A stretch of DNA of 64,000 nt from the NCBI GenBank assembly GCA_010909165.1, contig MU008161.1, forward strand, positions 1,922,001 to 1,986,000. Direction: 5' to 3'. Origin of the DNA: Anthoceros angustus (lineage: Eukaryota; Plantae; Anthocerotophyta). How positions within the stretch are numbered: position 1 is the stretch's first letter; every line of letters begins with the position of its first letter. Below the pieces are notes generated by a model. The model saw nothing but the letters and a program-made list of their open reading frames with translations, was not told the DNA's origin and ran no database searches. Made by a program: the position numbers and the translations under genes. Of this stretch, positions 61,611 through 64,000 are shown piece after piece.

Positions 61611-64000
61611 TCACATTTTGCGTTTCCTTGGAGAGTCATGGAGGGCCATCTTGCCTGCAGTTTGAGGTCTCAACAGCCAGTACATCAATCCCCCGAAGCT
61701 GGCCATCCATCTACCTGAGTCTTCGGAAGGGTGGAAGGGAGCCCTCAACTTGGACAGTTCTTTCTCTACTGCGGCCTTCACTGTGGAGGTGCCCTTGTGC
61801 CTGCTCAGCTTCCCCCATCCTGTGACTACGGTGACTATTCTAGGGGAGCCAGAAGCACCATCTGATGCTTGCACATTGGGCAGTCGGTACACCTGACCTG
61901 GCAAGCTGCTTGTGTCATGCCAGTATGAAGGCAAGAGAGGTAACACAACCTCCAAGGTGGTTGGTGATTCTGGCACAGTATCTTTAGGGCTATGCAGTGG
62001 TTGGTCTACACCTGGCTCTGTGGGTACCTCATCTGACGAGTTCCTAGGTTCAGACACATCTTGTCGTTTAGAACTTTCAAAATGGACAGCAATGTAGGAT
62101 AAGTGAGACATCCACTGGTAGAAGGCCACTAATGAGCCACCTGTAGAGAGATGTCGAACGTCCAGCTTCCACTCTTGGGAAGACAGAACGCAGATGTCCC
62201 TTAGAACACCACTTCTCATGAGCCACCCAAGAACTAGTGCTGCTCGTCGGAACCACCTGAACATCCACAGGGCATCGATAAGAGCAAAAAAGAAGACGAT
62301 TCGGGTTTTCTCGTCATCCATCTCAAGTAGTGCAAGCATGTCCTTTACATTCTCTGCCACCTGTAGCAAGCCAAAAAACGAGCGATAAGGAATTCATTCA
62401 GAACAGGAACACTCATTGGAGAACCAGGACCAGGATTGCAGACAATAGTGGACTAACCCAGGAGCTGATTGACAGGCTAGGCAGTTGAGGTACCTTATCG
62501 TCACCCAAGACATCTGAAAGCAGAGACAGACAGGTGTGAACCAGCTTGCTCTCAAACTGCTGCAACATGTTTAGAAGGTGGTAGGTGTCCTCGTCATTTC
62601 TGGATTTGGCACCTAGTGCTGAGAGAATCACGGCACATGTCACGATGGTTGGCTCATGACCCGCTGCCTTCATCTCAGCTAAGATATCTGCAGCCTTGTT
62701 TAGTAGACCATCTTTTAGACAAGCATCGAGGGCCTCTGTAAAGGTTAATACATTACACAGCGATGGGGCCGCCTTCACGGAATCATACACACTGAGTACC
62801 TGCACATTCGGAAAGCCATGCCACACCAAGTCAGCCATGCCACATTTGTCAAACCACTAACTTCAGAGCCACAAATATTAAGCATCAGATATCTCTCTTG
62901 CAGAAAGTCCATTCACCTTCTCCACAGCACCAACTGCCTTGTAACAGGTCATCAGAGTTGTAAATGTGACAACATTAGGCTGCAAACCAGCTTTAGACAT
63001 CTTTTCCATGATCTGCTGTGCTCCAGAGGGGTTGCACTGATTGCAATACATATCCATCATGGCATTGAAAGTGGAAACAGTAGGCCGGAGTCCAAGTTCC
63101 TCCATTCCCTCAAAAATGCTCTCTGCTTCCTCAAAAAGACCCTGTTGTGTGCAACCAGCAATGAGAATACTGAAAGTGACAGCACTTGGGCGGCATCCTC
63201 TAGCCACCATCTGTCTGTAGACTTTTAATGCTTCACTGATATTCCCTACAAATGCAGAACAGCAGTAATAGATTAGTGGACCTTGAATGTGTGCCCGTAC
63301 AACCAGCCGCCAATGAACTTGATGCAGGAGGTTCATACCCAACATAAAGCTCACCAGCGCAAATATGTACTCTCATAAGTGAAGTGTATGTGACGACTGT
63401 TGGCTTCAACCCCTTCTTCCTCACAAGGTTAAAGAGGTTCACAGCTTCCTTCACATGCTTTCCGGCGACGCAAGCAGAAAGAAGTATGTTGTATGAAATG
63501 ATGTTTGGCTGGATCCCCTCTTCCACCATTTTCTTGAAGAGATGCAAAACACTGGCCAGCGATGTGCCAAGCTTTACACAAGTATCCATCATGATATGGT
63601 AGGTAACCTCATCCCGCTTACAAGGGAGATGCTCCATCTTCTGAAACAATTCAAGAGCTGCTTCCACCCGTCCTGACCTACTGCGAGCATCAAGCACCGC
63701 ATTGAGCAATTCCGTGTCAACCTTCACCTGCAAATCCTCCAAGCTTGAGTAGAGTTTCTCCACCCAATCCAAAGATCTGGGATGACCGAACATGTTGATC
63801 AGAGTTGTGTACAAGTGTGGATCTCTGGAAGCCAACCCCTGAAACTGCATCCAGCGGAAAACCTGCCATGCAATTTCGGGCAAACCTCTCTGCCCTAGAT
63901 CATGGACTACAGCATGCAATGTGCGTTGCAATCTCTCTTGATTATCTGGAGGGGCAACAACTTCAGCGTCCTGTGTCTCAGAATCAACGACTGTGCATTG
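61611..64000 (-). CDS. P-class PPR protein with C-terminal SMR domain (5' part outside window), multi-exon
   Basis: P repeats (PNIISYNILLSAC, PTVVTYTSLM, PNVVTFTTLMTCY). SMR motifs WKLDVRHLSTGGSLVA and VTVVTGWGKLSR..VK.AVEKELSKLRAPF. Confidence 0.88.

Overview
Compact, gene-dense nuclear DNA of a seed-free land plant. Short GT-AG introns, PLS-class PPR genes with DYW:KP- and WW-type ends, a MORN3-like gene and an F/A/A/R NIP point to this, and a hornwort such as Anthoceros is my best guess (inference). In order: the 5' end of a Ty1/copia element; a PPR relic; a six-exon gene of about 2,456 aa joining three tandem LRR modules, a TORNADO1-like ROC-COR GTPase and a C-terminal true-caspase-like (C14A-type, NACRG) protease; a DYW:KP-type PPR editing factor; a WW-type PPR gene with two in-frame TGA stops; MORN3-like; an intron-containing B12-dependent methylmalonyl-CoA mutase; RCL1; tRNA-Ile-like relics; a GDP-mannose transporter; SNRNP27 and its duplicate pseudogene; about 11 kb of unassigned, partly repetitive DNA; an RKD RWP-RK factor; SIG5; a NIP aquaporin; and a partial PPR-SMR gene. 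The standout is the LRR-ROC-COR-caspase gene. It looks like a self-contained sensor, GTPase switch and protease in a lineage thought to have only metacaspases. All family calls come from motif recognition; no database searches were run.
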